From: a virus
Virus record (IMG/VR): IMGVR_UViG_3300028840_005153
Span: 1 to 64,000 of that record
Reading direction: 5' to 3' (one strand)
Length of the DNA stretch: 64,000 nt
Shown here: in pieces, positions 8,524 through 17,674 of the stretch
How positions within the stretch are numbered: position 1 is the first letter of the stretch
Layout: every line of letters starts with the position of its first letter
Made by a program: the position numbers and the translations under genes
The notes under the pieces: model-generated
What the model was told of the DNA's origin: nothing
Databases searched by the model: none
What the model saw: only the letters and a program-made list of their open reading frames with translations

Positions 8524-8673
8524 ATGAAAAGGGAAAATTTTTTGTGGGCTTCAATTCTTATGATCTTCATTTGTGTTTTGCTTATCTTGTCTATCCTTAC
8601 GACTTATCATGTTATTGACAGCCAAAAAAAATATCAATACGAAAGAAATATCAAATATGGATTAATTAATTAA
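8524..8673 (+). CDS. small membrane protein (49 aa, not in ORF track)
   Basis: AAAGGAG RBS; MKRENFLWASILMIFICVLLILSILTTY hydrophobic helix. Confidence 0.6.
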   Translation: MKRENFLWASILMIFICVLLILSILTTYHVIDSQKKYQYERNIKYGLIN

Positions 8674-8712
8674 AGCAGTATCCCCCACGAAGTAAAAAAG
8701 AAAGGAGAAATC

Positions 8713-8958
8713 ATGAAAGTAAAACAGGGTAAAATCCACATCCCGAGACCAGGAACAGAATACAAGGCACAACCTGAAACGTATTGCGGATTAATTATTG
8801 AACCGCAAGATGAGCTTGGAAGACTTGGTGAAAATAGAATGACCGTTTATTATGGGCGAAGTAAAAGAGAAGTTCCAAGTGATTTGATATGCTTGGCTTG
8901 TCTTCGAATTGCCAAACCTTGCCTTTATGAAATTGTAAGGGATGGCGATTATGAATAA
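8713..8958 (+). CDS. hypothetical protein (H/C zinc-finger-like)
   Basis: AAAGGAG RBS; H...TYCG...CLAC. Confidence 0.65.
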   Translation: MKVKQGKIHIPRPGTEYKAQPETYCGLIIEPQDELGRLGENRMTVYYGRSKREVPSDLICLACLRIAKPCLYEIVRDGDYE

Positions 8959-9316
8959 AAAAATCGGCATAGTTGGCACCCGAAGAAGAAATACTTACAA
9001 TGATTATTTAAAAGTCTTTGAAGCTTTTGAAAAGATTTTTAAAGAGGGTGATATTATTGTTTCAGGTGGTTGTCGAAAGGGTGGTGATAACTTTGCAGAA
9101 AAAATAGCCCATGATAATGGACTTACTATCATTATTCATTATCCAAACTGGAGAAGATATAGGGCACGAGCAGGAATGGTAAGGAATACTTTGATAGCTC
9201 GCGATAGCGATTTTTTAATTGCTTGTGTAGCAAAAGACCGCAAAGGTGGAACGGAAGATACAATCAAAAAATTCAAAGACAAAAAATTACTTCGCAGAAG
9301 ATTGATTATTGTATGA
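8951..9316 (+). CDS. SLOG-family protein (DprA/YspA/DUF2493-like)
   Basis: IGIVGTR, IVSGGC.KGGD.FAE, AGMVRN.LIA, GGTEDT. Confidence 0.8.
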   Translation: MNKKIGIVGTRRRNTYNDYLKVFEAFEKIFKEGDIIVSGGCRKGGDNFAEKIAHDNGLTIIIHYPNWRRYRARAGMVRNTLIARDSDFLIACVAKDRKGGTEDTIKKFKDKKLLRRRLIIV

Positions 9317-9651
9317 GGGGGAAGATGAGAAAAATCCGTAGAAGAAAAGTGAAACCTTCAGGTAAAAGATTTATCAGAAGGCGTGAATCGTGGTGTAGGT
9401 TTGAAAAGGAAAGGCCCGATGCAATAGCTTGCGAATACCGTTGCGCCAATGGGAAATTGCCATGTTGCACAACTTGTCGAAAGAGGACAGTTCGTTTAAT
9501 GTGGGGCCATCCAAAACCATTTAAATGGGGCGAAGCATTTGAATACTATACTGGCGAAGGAAGTTTTTGTTATAAAAAAAGATTTATTCAATGGCGGAAA
9601 AAGCAAATAAAAAGAAGAAAACCCATAAGAGTCATAAGGAGAAGAAGTTAA
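9313..9651 (+). CDS. Cys-rich basic hypothetical protein
   Basis: ATGA overlap with upstream stop; RKIRRRK near start, RVIRRRS at end. Confidence 0.65.
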   Translation: MRGKMRKIRRRKVKPSGKRFIRRRESWCRFEKERPDAIACEYRCANGKLPCCTTCRKRTVRLMWGHPKPFKWGEAFEYYTGEGSFCYKKRFIQWRKKQIKRRKPIRVIRRRS

Positions 9652-9652
9652 A

Positions 9653-10588
9653 ATGTCTTTCCGTGAATTGATAGAATCTTTTGATGTAAAGTCTTTCCTT
9701 GATGAACGTGGGATAGACTTTACAGAATATGGAAAAAATGTAACTCGAGGTTGGATAAATATTAGGTGCATCTTTTGCTCTGACCATTCAAATCATCTTG
9801 GAATAAATTTAAAGACGAAGCAAATTCATTGTTGGAAATGTGGAAGTCATAAATTAATTAATCTCATTCAGGAATTAGATGATTGCAGTTATGGCGCGGC
9901 AAAAGATACACTTTCAAAGTTTGGGGGGATCCTTGTCTCTGACGTCGAAGACAATTCTCCTCGGTCTGAGACGGCACCACCACTGAGGCGTAGGATCCTC
10001 CCTCCAGAATGTTCAAGAGAATTTCCACGGATGCATTTAAAATATCTTCGCAGTCGTGGCTTTAATCCTCGTAGAATTATTAGTCGTTTCAATTTACGGG
10101 CGACTCATAATATTGGAAAATATAAATTTAGAATAATCGCTCCGTTTTATTATCGTGATAAAATTGTTTCCTTTACCGGCCTGGATGTAACTCGTAAACA
10201 GGAAGTTCCTTATAAAAATTCTCCAATTGCAAATTCTATTATTGATCCAAAAAAGATCATCTATAATCTGCAAAATATTGGATATGGTGGTTCATTAGGT
10301 GTCGTTGAAGGTATCACCGATGCTTGGAGGATCGAAGAAAATGTAACAGCAACGATGGGAATAAAATGGACAAAGGAACAATTTTATCTCTTGACAAGAC
10401 TTAATAAAAAAAGACTTTTCATTATCTTTGATGGAGAGCCGCAAGCACTTACGGAAGCAAAAAAATTAGCTCGCGATGCGAGCGGTTTTATATCTAAAGT
10501 AGAAGTAATTGAACTACCCTATGGTAAGGACCCATGTGATCTACCGGAGAAGGATATAAGCAAAATCAGACGATGGCTTAGAGAGTAA
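9653..10588 (+). CDS. DNA primase (Zn finger plus TOPRIM)
   Basis: CIFC..H / HCWKC zinc finger; VVEGITDA, IFDGE, KDPCD. Confidence 0.9.
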   Translation: MSFRELIESFDVKSFLDERGIDFTEYGKNVTRGWINIRCIFCSDHSNHLGINLKTKQIHCWKCGSHKLINLIQELDDCSYGAAKDTLSKFGGILVSDVEDNSPRSETAPPLRRRILPPECSREFPRMHLKYLRSRGFNPRRIISRFNLRATHNIGKYKFRIIAPFYYRDKIVSFTGLDVTRKQEVPYKNSPIANSIIDPKKIIYNLQNIGYGGSLGVVEGITDAWRIEENVTATMGIKWTKEQFYLLTRLNKKRLFIIFDGEPQALTEAKKLARDASGFISKVEVIELPYGKDPCDLPEKDISKIRRWLRE

Positions 10589-10595
10589 ATACCGC

Positions 10596-10624
10596 TTTAC
10601 AAATAAAGTGGCATGGTGTATAAT
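10596..10624 (+). promoter_or_regulatory. sigma70-type promoter
   Basis: TTTACA (10596-10601), 17-bp spacer, TATAAT (10619-10624). Confidence 0.7.
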
Positions 10625-10687
10625 ACTTTTTAGGTTTGCTTAAAGAAGTAAAAGAAAAAAGAAGTAAAAATTACTTCAGAAGTAAAT

Positions 10688-10856
10688 GGCATCCCCCAAA
10701 AAATAAAAATAAAAGAATAGTCTTTCAGCCTGATTAATTCAGGTGGGAAGTGGAACCCTGTCATCTGTGGGGGATGCCTTTGGCCGTTACTCCTTTCGCG
10801 GCCCTTTAGTTCCACTTCCCATCTAAGTTAATCAGGTTTTTTTTGAGGGGCTGAAA
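10688..10856 (+). promoter_or_regulatory. Structured leader / attenuator RNA upstream of initiator-like gene
   Basis: Long stem 10728-10756 / 10809-10837 followed by T8; internal TGGGGGATGCC complementary to upstream GGCATCCCCCA. Confidence 0.6.
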
Positions 10857-12152
10857 ATGATATTCTTTATTGAACCTAATTTTGAAAAGAAAACTTTTGC
10901 GGAAGATATTAATTTGTCTATCAAATCAAAGTATATAATGTTTTCCTTATTGCATCATAAATTCAGTAATGGTTATAAACTTTATGATGTAGCAGAAAAA
11001 CTTGGAATGAGTAGAAGTCTTCTGAGAAAAGGACTTAATGAATTAGAAGGAAATGAATATCTTTTTAAAATTGAAATTAAAACTAATGCCGAAGTAAATC
11101 CTCCAAGGCTTTATTTAGTTTCAGTCAATAAGGGTAAATTAACTTCAGGCGATATGGCTTCCTTAATTCCAAAAGAAGAAGAATTTTCAAAGCATGGAAT
11201 TAATCGTGTCGCTTTTTATGTAAGGAAGAAAGTCTTTCGAATTTGGTTTGACTTTCGTTCTCGCGCGCGCTCGCGCGACAAATTATATAATAATATATTA
11301 TTCTTTTTCTCTCACTCGTTCAATAATAACCTTCGGTTATTATCTCACTCGTTCAAGAAAAAAGGGAAAACCGCTGCGCGAATTTCCGAGTCTCCTTCTT
11401 TGAATTTTGCTAAGGTTAGAAAATCTGCGAAAGTTAAAGTGGTTTGGGATTGCTGGATAGAATTTGCTTCGAAGAAAAATTCACCATTACCTAATCATAG
11501 GGTCGGCACCAAAAAAGAAAAGCAAATAGTTTCAGCCGTAAGAAATGCCTTAGGAAATTATAGCGAATTAGAAATTTGTGAAGCAATCGAAGTATTTTAT
11601 ATTTTCCTAAATGAGAAATGTCCTCCCACCTATAAAAAACTTCCTGGCTTTAAAAAGGTTCCCTTAAATGAATTTATAAGATTCTCTCCTTATTACCTTG
11701 AACGTATCAGTTCAAATAAAATATCTTCGAAGATAATAAATCATCAATCGTGGTTACGCCTTTGTATGGGTGGATTGGATATTGTCGAAGATAAATTTAT
11801 AGCGAAGAGGAAAGCTGATGGTATCGACCCGAAGATAATAAAGCAATTTGAAAAATCATGGGTTAAATTTTCTGGAAACACTTGCACTCAAAGGGATAAA
11901 AATAATTTTACAACTGCGGCCGAATTGTTGCTACAATATGTTAAGCAAAACAAACGCCATTTAAACCACAAGGAAGAGGATAGATTTTGGATTTATGATT
12001 TTGTTCGAGGTATAGTTTTCGGTTGCCTTAACAAAATGCGTGAAGAGAAAATTGGAAGAAAAAAAATTCATTCAGGTTTTTTAACGCAGGATTTCTTTTT
12101 CAACGACGAATTAACTGAATACATTAAATTCATTGGGGCCTGGAAGAGATGA
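10857..12152 (+). CDS. Putative replication initiator / helicase loader (N-terminal winged HTH)
   Basis: VAEKLGMSRSLLRKGLNELEGNEYL wHTH; lies between primase and DnaB helicase; contains origin-like DNA. Confidence 0.55.
   Translation: MIFFIEPNFEKKTFAEDINLSIKSKYIMFSLLHHKFSNGYKLYDVAEKLGMSRSLLRKGLNELEGNEYLFKIEIKTNAEVNPPRLYLVSVNKGKLTSGDMASLIPKEEEFSKHGINRVAFYVRKKVFRIWFDFRSRARSRDKLYNNILFFFSHSFNNNLRLLSHSFKKKGKTAARISESPSLNFAKVRKSAKVKVVWDCWIEFASKKNSPLPNHRVGTKKEKQIVSAVRNALGNYSELEICEAIEVFYIFLNEKCPPTYKKLPGFKKVPLNEFIRFSPYYLERISSNKISSKIINHQSWLRLCMGGLDIVEDKFIAKRKADGIDPKIIKQFEKSWVKFSGNTCTQRDKNNFTTAAELLLQYVKQNKRHLNHKEEDRFWIYDFVRGIVFGCLNKMREEKIGRKKIHSGFLTQDFFFNDELTEYIKFIGAWKR
11261..11356. repeat. Candidate replication origin inside initiator gene
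   Basis: CG-alternating run, AT-only stretch, 14-bp direct repeat TCTCACTCGTTCAA (11310-11323, 11343-11356) flanking palindrome ATAATAACC-TTC-GGTTATTAT. Confidence 0.5.
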
Positions 12153-13717
12153 TTCGAAGACGCAAGGTTGATACTGATATTGAAAGAAAATTAATAATCG
12201 GATTAATTACTTCGACTGCTTTTTGTCAAGAGATAATTCCAAAGTTAAAAATTCTTGGAATGGATACTTTTCAAATTTCTTTTGCTCGTAAGGTAGCTCA
12301 ATGGGTTATTGATTACTACGAAGATATTGGTGAGGCACCTCAAAAACATATTCAAGATATTTTTAATACTGAAAAAGAAAAACTATCTGAAGAAGAAAAA
12401 GAACTCGTTTCTGATTTTTTAGATTTACTTTCTAAAGAGTATGAAAATGAAAGTCAATTTAATGTAGCTTATCTACGAAAGAAAACGCTTGAATATTTGA
12501 AAACAAGAACATTTGAAATTTTCTTTGAACGTGGATTGTCCTACGTTGAACAGGGAAAACTAAAACACGCCGAAAGACTTTATTTAGATTTCACAAAGGT
12601 TCCAGAAGAAACAATTGAAACCTTTGACCCATTTAGTGAAAAGGAAGTAAGGCTGTATGAGTTGGATGGTGAAGTCAATAGGCTTGTAGAAATGCCCGGA
12701 GATTTAGGAAAAGTAATTGGCGGACCACTTGAACGTAGTTGGCTTGTAAGTTTGGCAGGTCCAGAAAAAAGAGGAAAGAGTTTTTTCTTGGAAGAGTTTG
12801 TTTTTCAGTGTTTGTTTGATGGGCTGAAAGTATTTTGGGTTTCGCTTGAAATGAATAAGTATGTTTTAAAAGGAAGAATTTATACTCGAATTACTGCTGC
12901 CATTAAGGAACCTGGAAATATAATAATTCCAATTCCAGATTGTAAGAATAATCAGCAGGGAATATGTAATAAAAAGAAAAGAATTAATAACATTAAACTC
13001 GTAGATGAATTTGGTGCATTGCCAGAATTTGATCCGCGATCGAAGTATTCTCCTTGTACTGTTTGTCGCACTATCCCTCGCCGCAAAGGGATTCCACCAA
13101 ATAGGACATTTACTCCAGACTATTGGTTTGAAGAAATAAGAGTCGAAGAAATCACAACGAAGATAATAGAAAAAAGAACAAAGCAGTTTCGTCAAATGTT
13201 TGGTAGTAATTTGCGCTGCCGAGCATATCCAGCTTTCAGTGCTAATTTTGATGATATTCAACATGAATTGGATCTTCTGGAAATGGAAGGTTTTGTGCCT
13301 GATATTATTGCGATAGATTACTTTGATATTTTAGCAGAAGAAAAAGGAGTCAGATCAGATCGTGGCAGTATAGATAAAACTTGGAAGCGTGGAAAGAATT
13401 TGGCAGCCGAACGTGATTGCCTTGTGATAACTCCTGATCAGACAAATAAGACATCAAGAGAGCGCGAGACAATTCGTTCTACCGATACAACCGAAGACAA
13501 AAGAAAGGATGCTCATGTAGATTTGAAACTCGCTATAAATCAAACCATGCAGGAAAACGACGATGGTGTCGCCAGGATTGGAGTTCTTTTTCATAGACAT
13601 AGGAAAACTACTTCCAAACAGGCGATGGTTTTTCAATCACTGGAATTGGCTAATCCATTTATGGATTCAGTAATGTTGCTAAATCCGGGCGCTTTAAAGC
13701 GTGAAAAGATGGATTAA
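12149..13717 (+). CDS. Replicative DNA helicase, DnaB/gp41-like
   Basis: GPEKRGKS Walker A, VSLEM, IAIDYFD, DQTN motifs. Confidence 0.85.
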   Translation: MIRRRKVDTDIERKLIIGLITSTAFCQEIIPKLKILGMDTFQISFARKVAQWVIDYYEDIGEAPQKHIQDIFNTEKEKLSEEEKELVSDFLDLLSKEYENESQFNVAYLRKKTLEYLKTRTFEIFFERGLSYVEQGKLKHAERLYLDFTKVPEETIETFDPFSEKEVRLYELDGEVNRLVEMPGDLGKVIGGPLERSWLVSLAGPEKRGKSFFLEEFVFQCLFDGLKVFWVSLEMNKYVLKGRIYTRITAAIKEPGNIIIPIPDCKNNQQGICNKKKRINNIKLVDEFGALPEFDPRSKYSPCTVCRTIPRRKGIPPNRTFTPDYWFEEIRVEEITTKIIEKRTKQFRQMFGSNLRCRAYPAFSANFDDIQHELDLLEMEGFVPDIIAIDYFDILAEEKGVRSDRGSIDKTWKRGKNLAAERDCLVITPDQTNKTSRERETIRSTDTTEDKRKDAHVDLKLAINQTMQENDDGVARIGVLFHRHRKTTSKQAMVFQSLELANPFMDSVMLLNPGALKREKMD

Positions 13718-13744
13718 AAAAAATCACATTTGCTTTTAAAAAAT

Positions 13745-13753
13745 TGGTATAAT
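13745..13753 (+). promoter_or_regulatory. extended -10 promoter
   Basis: TGGTATAAT in intergenic gap before strong-RBS gene. Confidence 0.5.
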
Positions 13754-13805
13754 TAGTTAGTTTAAGGCCACTCATTATTAACTAAATCCAAAAGGAGGAA
13801 TCAAA

Positions 13806-14558
13806 ATGGCCGATCTTAAAACTTTGAAGAAAATGGTTAAGGCGCTCAACAAACTGGATCTTCTCGAAGACGAAATTGAAATTCGTAAAGTCGAAGAAGA
13901 TGAACTTCGAGAATCTTTCATTCAGGCCATCGAAGAAATTGATGACAATGGTCAGACTAAAGAAGTAGATGATGAAATTCTCGATTTTTACGAAGACCTC
14001 CTCGATGAAGAAGAATCCGGCAAGAAGGAAGAGGAAGAGCCTAAAAAGGGCAAGAAAGGAAAGAAGGGAAAGAAAGCCAAAAAAGGAAAGAAAGGAAAGA
14101 AGGAAAAGAAGGAACCTGATTTTGACGAAGACGCTTTACGCGAAGAGCTCGAAGATATGGATATGGATGAGCTTGAAGAATATATCGAAGACAATGACAT
14201 CAAAGTTAAGGTAAAGAAAAAAGATGAAGAGGATGATGTCATTGAAAAAATTATCGAGGCTTGCCGTCCTGCTGAAGAAGAGGAAGAAGAGGAAGAAGAG
14301 GAAAAGCCTAAAACCAAAAAGGGAAAGAAAGCCAAAAAGGAAAAGAAAGCCAAAAAAGGCAAAAAGGGCAAGAAAGGAAAGAAGAAAAAGAAATCGGCAA
14401 GTATTGATGAAGCTATTGAAAGCCTTGTCGAAGATGGGATCGCTATTAGCGAATTGGTTTCCGGTGTTGCCGAAGAACTCAATATTGATGAGAAAAAAGC
14501 ACAACGGCAAGTGTTGAAAGCAATTGTTGAAATGGATGTTACTGTAACAGTTGATTAA
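13806..14558 (+). CDS. Highly charged protein with alternating acidic and KKGKK blocks
   Basis: AAAAGGAGG RBS, own promoter and terminator; low-complexity composition. Confidence 0.8.
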   Translation: MADLKTLKKMVKALNKLDLLEDEIEIRKVEEDELRESFIQAIEEIDDNGQTKEVDDEILDFYEDLLDEEESGKKEEEEPKKGKKGKKGKKAKKGKKGKKEKKEPDFDEDALREELEDMDMDELEEYIEDNDIKVKVKKKDEEDDVIEKIIEACRPAEEEEEEEEEEKPKTKKGKKAKKEKKAKKGKKGKKGKKKKKSASIDEAIESLVEDGIAISELVSGVAEELNIDEKKAQRQVLKAIVEMDVTVTVD

Positions 14559-14607
14559 ATTGTAAAACTTCGGCCGAAAGTAATATATGAATTATTAATT
14601 CAACAAG

Positions 14608-14638
14608 AGGGAGTGGTTTCGGCCACTCCCTTTTTTTT
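14608..14638 (+). terminator. Rho-independent terminator
   Basis: AGGGAGTGGT-TTCG-GCCACTCCCT with T-tract. Confidence 0.88.
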
Positions 14639-14658
14639 GAATTGAGGGGAGAATAATA

Positions 14659-15441
14659 ATGGCTAAAAAAGAAAAAGGTTTTTCGGTAGAAACTGAGTCT
14701 TTGAAAGATTTTCTTAGGAGAGTTTTCCTTAATGGTGCGGTTGATTCTTGCGTTTTAGAAATTGATGATGAAGGGTTTGCCGAAGTTTATGCAGTAGATG
14801 TTTCAAATGTTCTTTTCCTCTATGTTAGCGAAGACCTTGGTATCGAAGATGAAATGGAAATTGGCCTTGGCAATCTTGATCTTTTGAATAAATTTGTTTC
14901 TACAATAAAGGAAGATAAAGTTTCAGTTAGTATAGATAAGAATCGCCTTGTAATTGCGAGAGATAAATTTGGCCGTTTGGATTATCTTCTTACTTCTGCT
15001 GAGCTTGTGCCTACAGCATTGGAAGAGAAAGAAGACACGATAGAAAAGTTAATGGACGCTTGTACTATTGAGGTTATATTGAATGCTGATTTTGCTGCTA
15101 CACTCGCCAGTTATTACAGCATGGTGAAAGCGAAAGAAATAACTTTAAAATATATTGATGGGAATTTTTATGTTGTTGGAGGAACAGATACGGGTCACAA
15201 ATATGAAATACCAATTGATGGAGAAGTAAATGCCGTTGAGGGTGAAAACGAAGAGGATGATTTTACTGTTAGTGTTTATGGTGATTTCTTCCTGTCTATT
15301 CTTGGAGTTCTTGATTTTGATGAAGAGCCGAAACTTATGCTTGCACCAAATTCCCCGGCAGTAATTGTGCAAGGAGAAGATAATGAAAATGTATGGGGGA
15401 TAGCGCCAATTTCTATTGAAGGGGGAGGCGATGAAGATTAG
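14659..15441 (+). CDS. Sliding clamp (PCNA/gp45-like)
   Basis: Acidic 260-aa protein with AVDVSNV (cf. PCNA AMD.S.V) and C-terminal IAP; directly upstream of clamp loader. Confidence 0.65.
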   Translation: MAKKEKGFSVETESLKDFLRRVFLNGAVDSCVLEIDDEGFAEVYAVDVSNVLFLYVSEDLGIEDEMEIGLGNLDLLNKFVSTIKEDKVSVSIDKNRLVIARDKFGRLDYLLTSAELVPTALEEKEDTIEKLMDACTIEVILNADFAATLASYYSMVKAKEITLKYIDGNFYVVGGTDTGHKYEIPIDGEVNAVEGENEEDDFTVSVYGDFFLSILGVLDFDEEPKLMLAPNSPAVIVQGEDNENVWGIAPISIEGGGDED

Positions 15442-16357
15442 GAATTATATATGGTATGAAAAGTATCGGCCAACTTCATTAGCTAATCTGTCGCTTCCGG
15501 TAAAGGTAAAAAAGCAATTTAAAAAATATATCAAAGATAAACAAATTCCACACCTACTTTTCCATGGACCTCCTGGTTCTGGAAAGACAACTATTGCAAA
15601 TATCCTTATTAAAAATATTCCTTGCCGTTCATTGGTTTTAAATGCTTCTTCAGTGGATCGTGGCATTAGCACCATCAAGGGCAAGGTGAAAGAGTTTGCT
15701 TCCAGTCAGGCTTTGAAAGATGAAATAAAAATTGTTTTCTTTGATGAAGCCGATGGTTTAACACCTGATGCACAAATGGGTTTGAAGAATACGATAGAAA
15801 CTTATTCTGGAAATTGCCGTTTTATTTTTACTGCGAACAGATTGCATAAAGTTATTGATGCCATCCGTAGCCGTCCAATAATCTTTGAATTTAATCAGGT
15901 TGATAGAAAAGATTTACTCAAACAAATGACGCATATATTAGAGGAAGAAGATGTTGAATTTGAAGTAGAAGATATTGAAGAAATTATAGATCGTTTTTTT
16001 CCTGATGTAAGAACAATCGTAAATAATTTGCAAGCTGCTTCGTATTCTGGTAGTTTGGATATAGAAAATTTATCTTCCTTTGGTATTGAACCACATGAAA
16101 TAACTCAGCTTATTACCGAAGGTAATCTCAAAGAGATAAGGGTGAAAGTAAATGGCTTGAGTGATTTTTCTTTTATCTATCGTTATTTGTTTGATGAGTA
16201 TTTGCCTGAGCTTGATACGGAAAGTGGAATTGAATTTTCCTCTTCGATAGTTAAACATTTAAGCCAGGATACTTTTGTTGCAGATCGTACTTTGAATTTC
16301 CTTGGCTTTTGTGTAGATGTTATGGATATCCTGGAAGTTTCGGAGATAAAATTTTAA
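15431..16357 (+). CDS. Clamp loader ATPase subunit (RFC small / T4 gp44-like)
   Basis: WYEKYRP, PHLLFHGPPGSGKTT, LNAS..RGI, DEADGLT.DAQ, AIRSR. Confidence 0.93.
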   Translation: MKIRNYIWYEKYRPTSLANLSLPVKVKKQFKKYIKDKQIPHLLFHGPPGSGKTTIANILIKNIPCRSLVLNASSVDRGISTIKGKVKEFASSQALKDEIKIVFFDEADGLTPDAQMGLKNTIETYSGNCRFIFTANRLHKVIDAIRSRPIIFEFNQVDRKDLLKQMTHILEEEDVEFEVEDIEEIIDRFFPDVRTIVNNLQAASYSGSLDIENLSSFGIEPHEITQLITEGNLKEIRVKVNGLSDFSFIYRYLFDEYLPELDTESGIEFSSSIVKHLSQDTFVADRTLNFLGFCVDVMDILEVSEIKF

Positions 16358-16809
16358 TGGAATTTTTTGATTATATAAAAAACCTTTTCACCAAAGGAGA
16401 GGAGATTACTTCCACTTCAGAGTATCCAAATATGTGGATGGTAAATCGTTTTATTAGTGGAAGCCCTATCTCTTTTGAAATCGCACAGGAACTTAATCTT
16501 TATCTTTCACGCTTGCCTGATTGGGCTGCCGCGATGTTCTTATACCGTACCATACCGAAGACTGAGAGGGCTCCTTGGCTTGTTTATAGTAAAAAGCAGG
16601 TGTTACCATACCCTGAAGAATTAATAGCTAAAATAAGCGGATGCCTTAATTGTAGCACCATTTCGGCAATTCAATATATTTCTCTTTTGGAAAATAGCGG
16701 CGTTGATACGTATCAACTTTTTGGATTAAAGAGGAAACCAAATGGGAAGAAAACTTCGAAGAAGAAAAACACCTCAAAGAGTAAGCGTAAAAAGAAAAAA
16801 AATGAGTGA
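16357..16809 (+). CDS. Clamp loader small subunit (T4 gp62-like)
   Basis: FDYIK...Y..WMVNRFIS pattern; follows gp44-like gene. Confidence 0.6.
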   Translation: MEFFDYIKNLFTKGEEITSTSEYPNMWMVNRFISGSPISFEIAQELNLYLSRLPDWAAAMFLYRTIPKTERAPWLVYSKKQVLPYPEELIAKISGCLNCSTISAIQYISLLENSGVDTYQLFGLKRKPNGKKTSKKKNTSKSKRKKKKNE

Positions 16810-17185
16810 ATTTCTCGGCATGAAAAACCGAGAAGGAAATCTTATAAAAAAATATGAGAATATAATTGAAGGTAGGACTAACGAAGAGAGGAGAGAGATT
16901 GAACGTAAATTAATGAAGCCTGATGTTCTGCCGCCCTATGTTGGGCCGAAAGTAAATCGTGGCCCTTTAGCAAAAAGGACTGTTAAATTTTTCTTTCCTT
17001 CTTCAGATGATGTTGAAATACTTTCGCATCATGTTAAAATTAATAATTATGTTGAACTTAATTCTTATGATGTAGACTTAATCATGCGCTTTGTGGAATT
17101 GTTGGAAGAAGGAACTCTTCGTTATGATAAAGATTCTAAGAGAATTATTTTCGTCAGCGACCGTGGAGAAGAGTATCCGCTCTGA
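16742..17185 (+). CDS. hypothetical protein
   Basis: ORF, start 16742 (RKLRRRK) or 16802. Confidence 0.65.
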   Translation: MGRKLRRRKTPQRVSVKRKKMSEFLGMKNREGNLIKKYENIIEGRTNEERREIERKLMKPDVLPPYVGPKVNRGPLAKRTVKFFFPSSDDVEILSHHVKINNYVELNSYDVDLIMRFVELLEEGTLRYDKDSKRIIFVSDRGEEYPL

Positions 17186-17201
17186 TGGTGTCAATATTTA
17201 T

Positions 17202-17672
17202 ATGATTAAAAATAGATTTATAAAGCGAAGAGTTTTTTGTTTTTGGTGCGGGAATGCTAATGTAATTGATGGTACTGAAGCAAATTTTCTTCATAATTTT
17301 AACACATATTATCAGAAGATGAACAGCGGTCATGCGACAATTTGTAAGCATTGCGGGAAAATTATTTATACCGCTTTATATAAAAATAAAATCATAAGTG
17401 GAAGAAGTGTTAAACATTTAAGGAGAAGAAAAATGATCCTTGAATCGAAGCAAAGTCATGAAGTTATTGATGCACAAAAATTCGTAGAATTTATTGTTTT
17501 GAAAAAAGCTGAATTGGAATTGCCTTTAAAAAAGACTTTTACTGATACGGATACTTGTCCGTTGTGCGGAGGGCTTTTAGTTATTCATTTTGTGCCTATC
17601 AATTCTGAAGGAAATAAAGTAATTACGATGGGCGGATGTCAAAGTAAAGAATGTTTTTCCTGGAGGGAATAA
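17202..17672 (+). CDS. Zn-finger hypothetical protein
   Basis: CFWC, CKHC, CPLC motifs; start uncertain. Confidence 0.6.
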   Translation: MIKNRFIKRRVFCFWCGNANVIDGTEANFLHNFNTYYQKMNSGHATICKHCGKIIYTALYKNKIISGRSVKHLRRRKMILESKQSHEVIDAQKFVEFIVLKKAELELPLKKTFTDTDTCPLCGGLLVIHFVPINSEGNKVITMGGCQSKECFSWRE

Positions 17673-17674
17673 TC

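Noticed and set aside
12900-13140. Intein in helicase
   Set aside because: No C/S start with HN-C/S/T end and no LAGLIDADG motifs; too short
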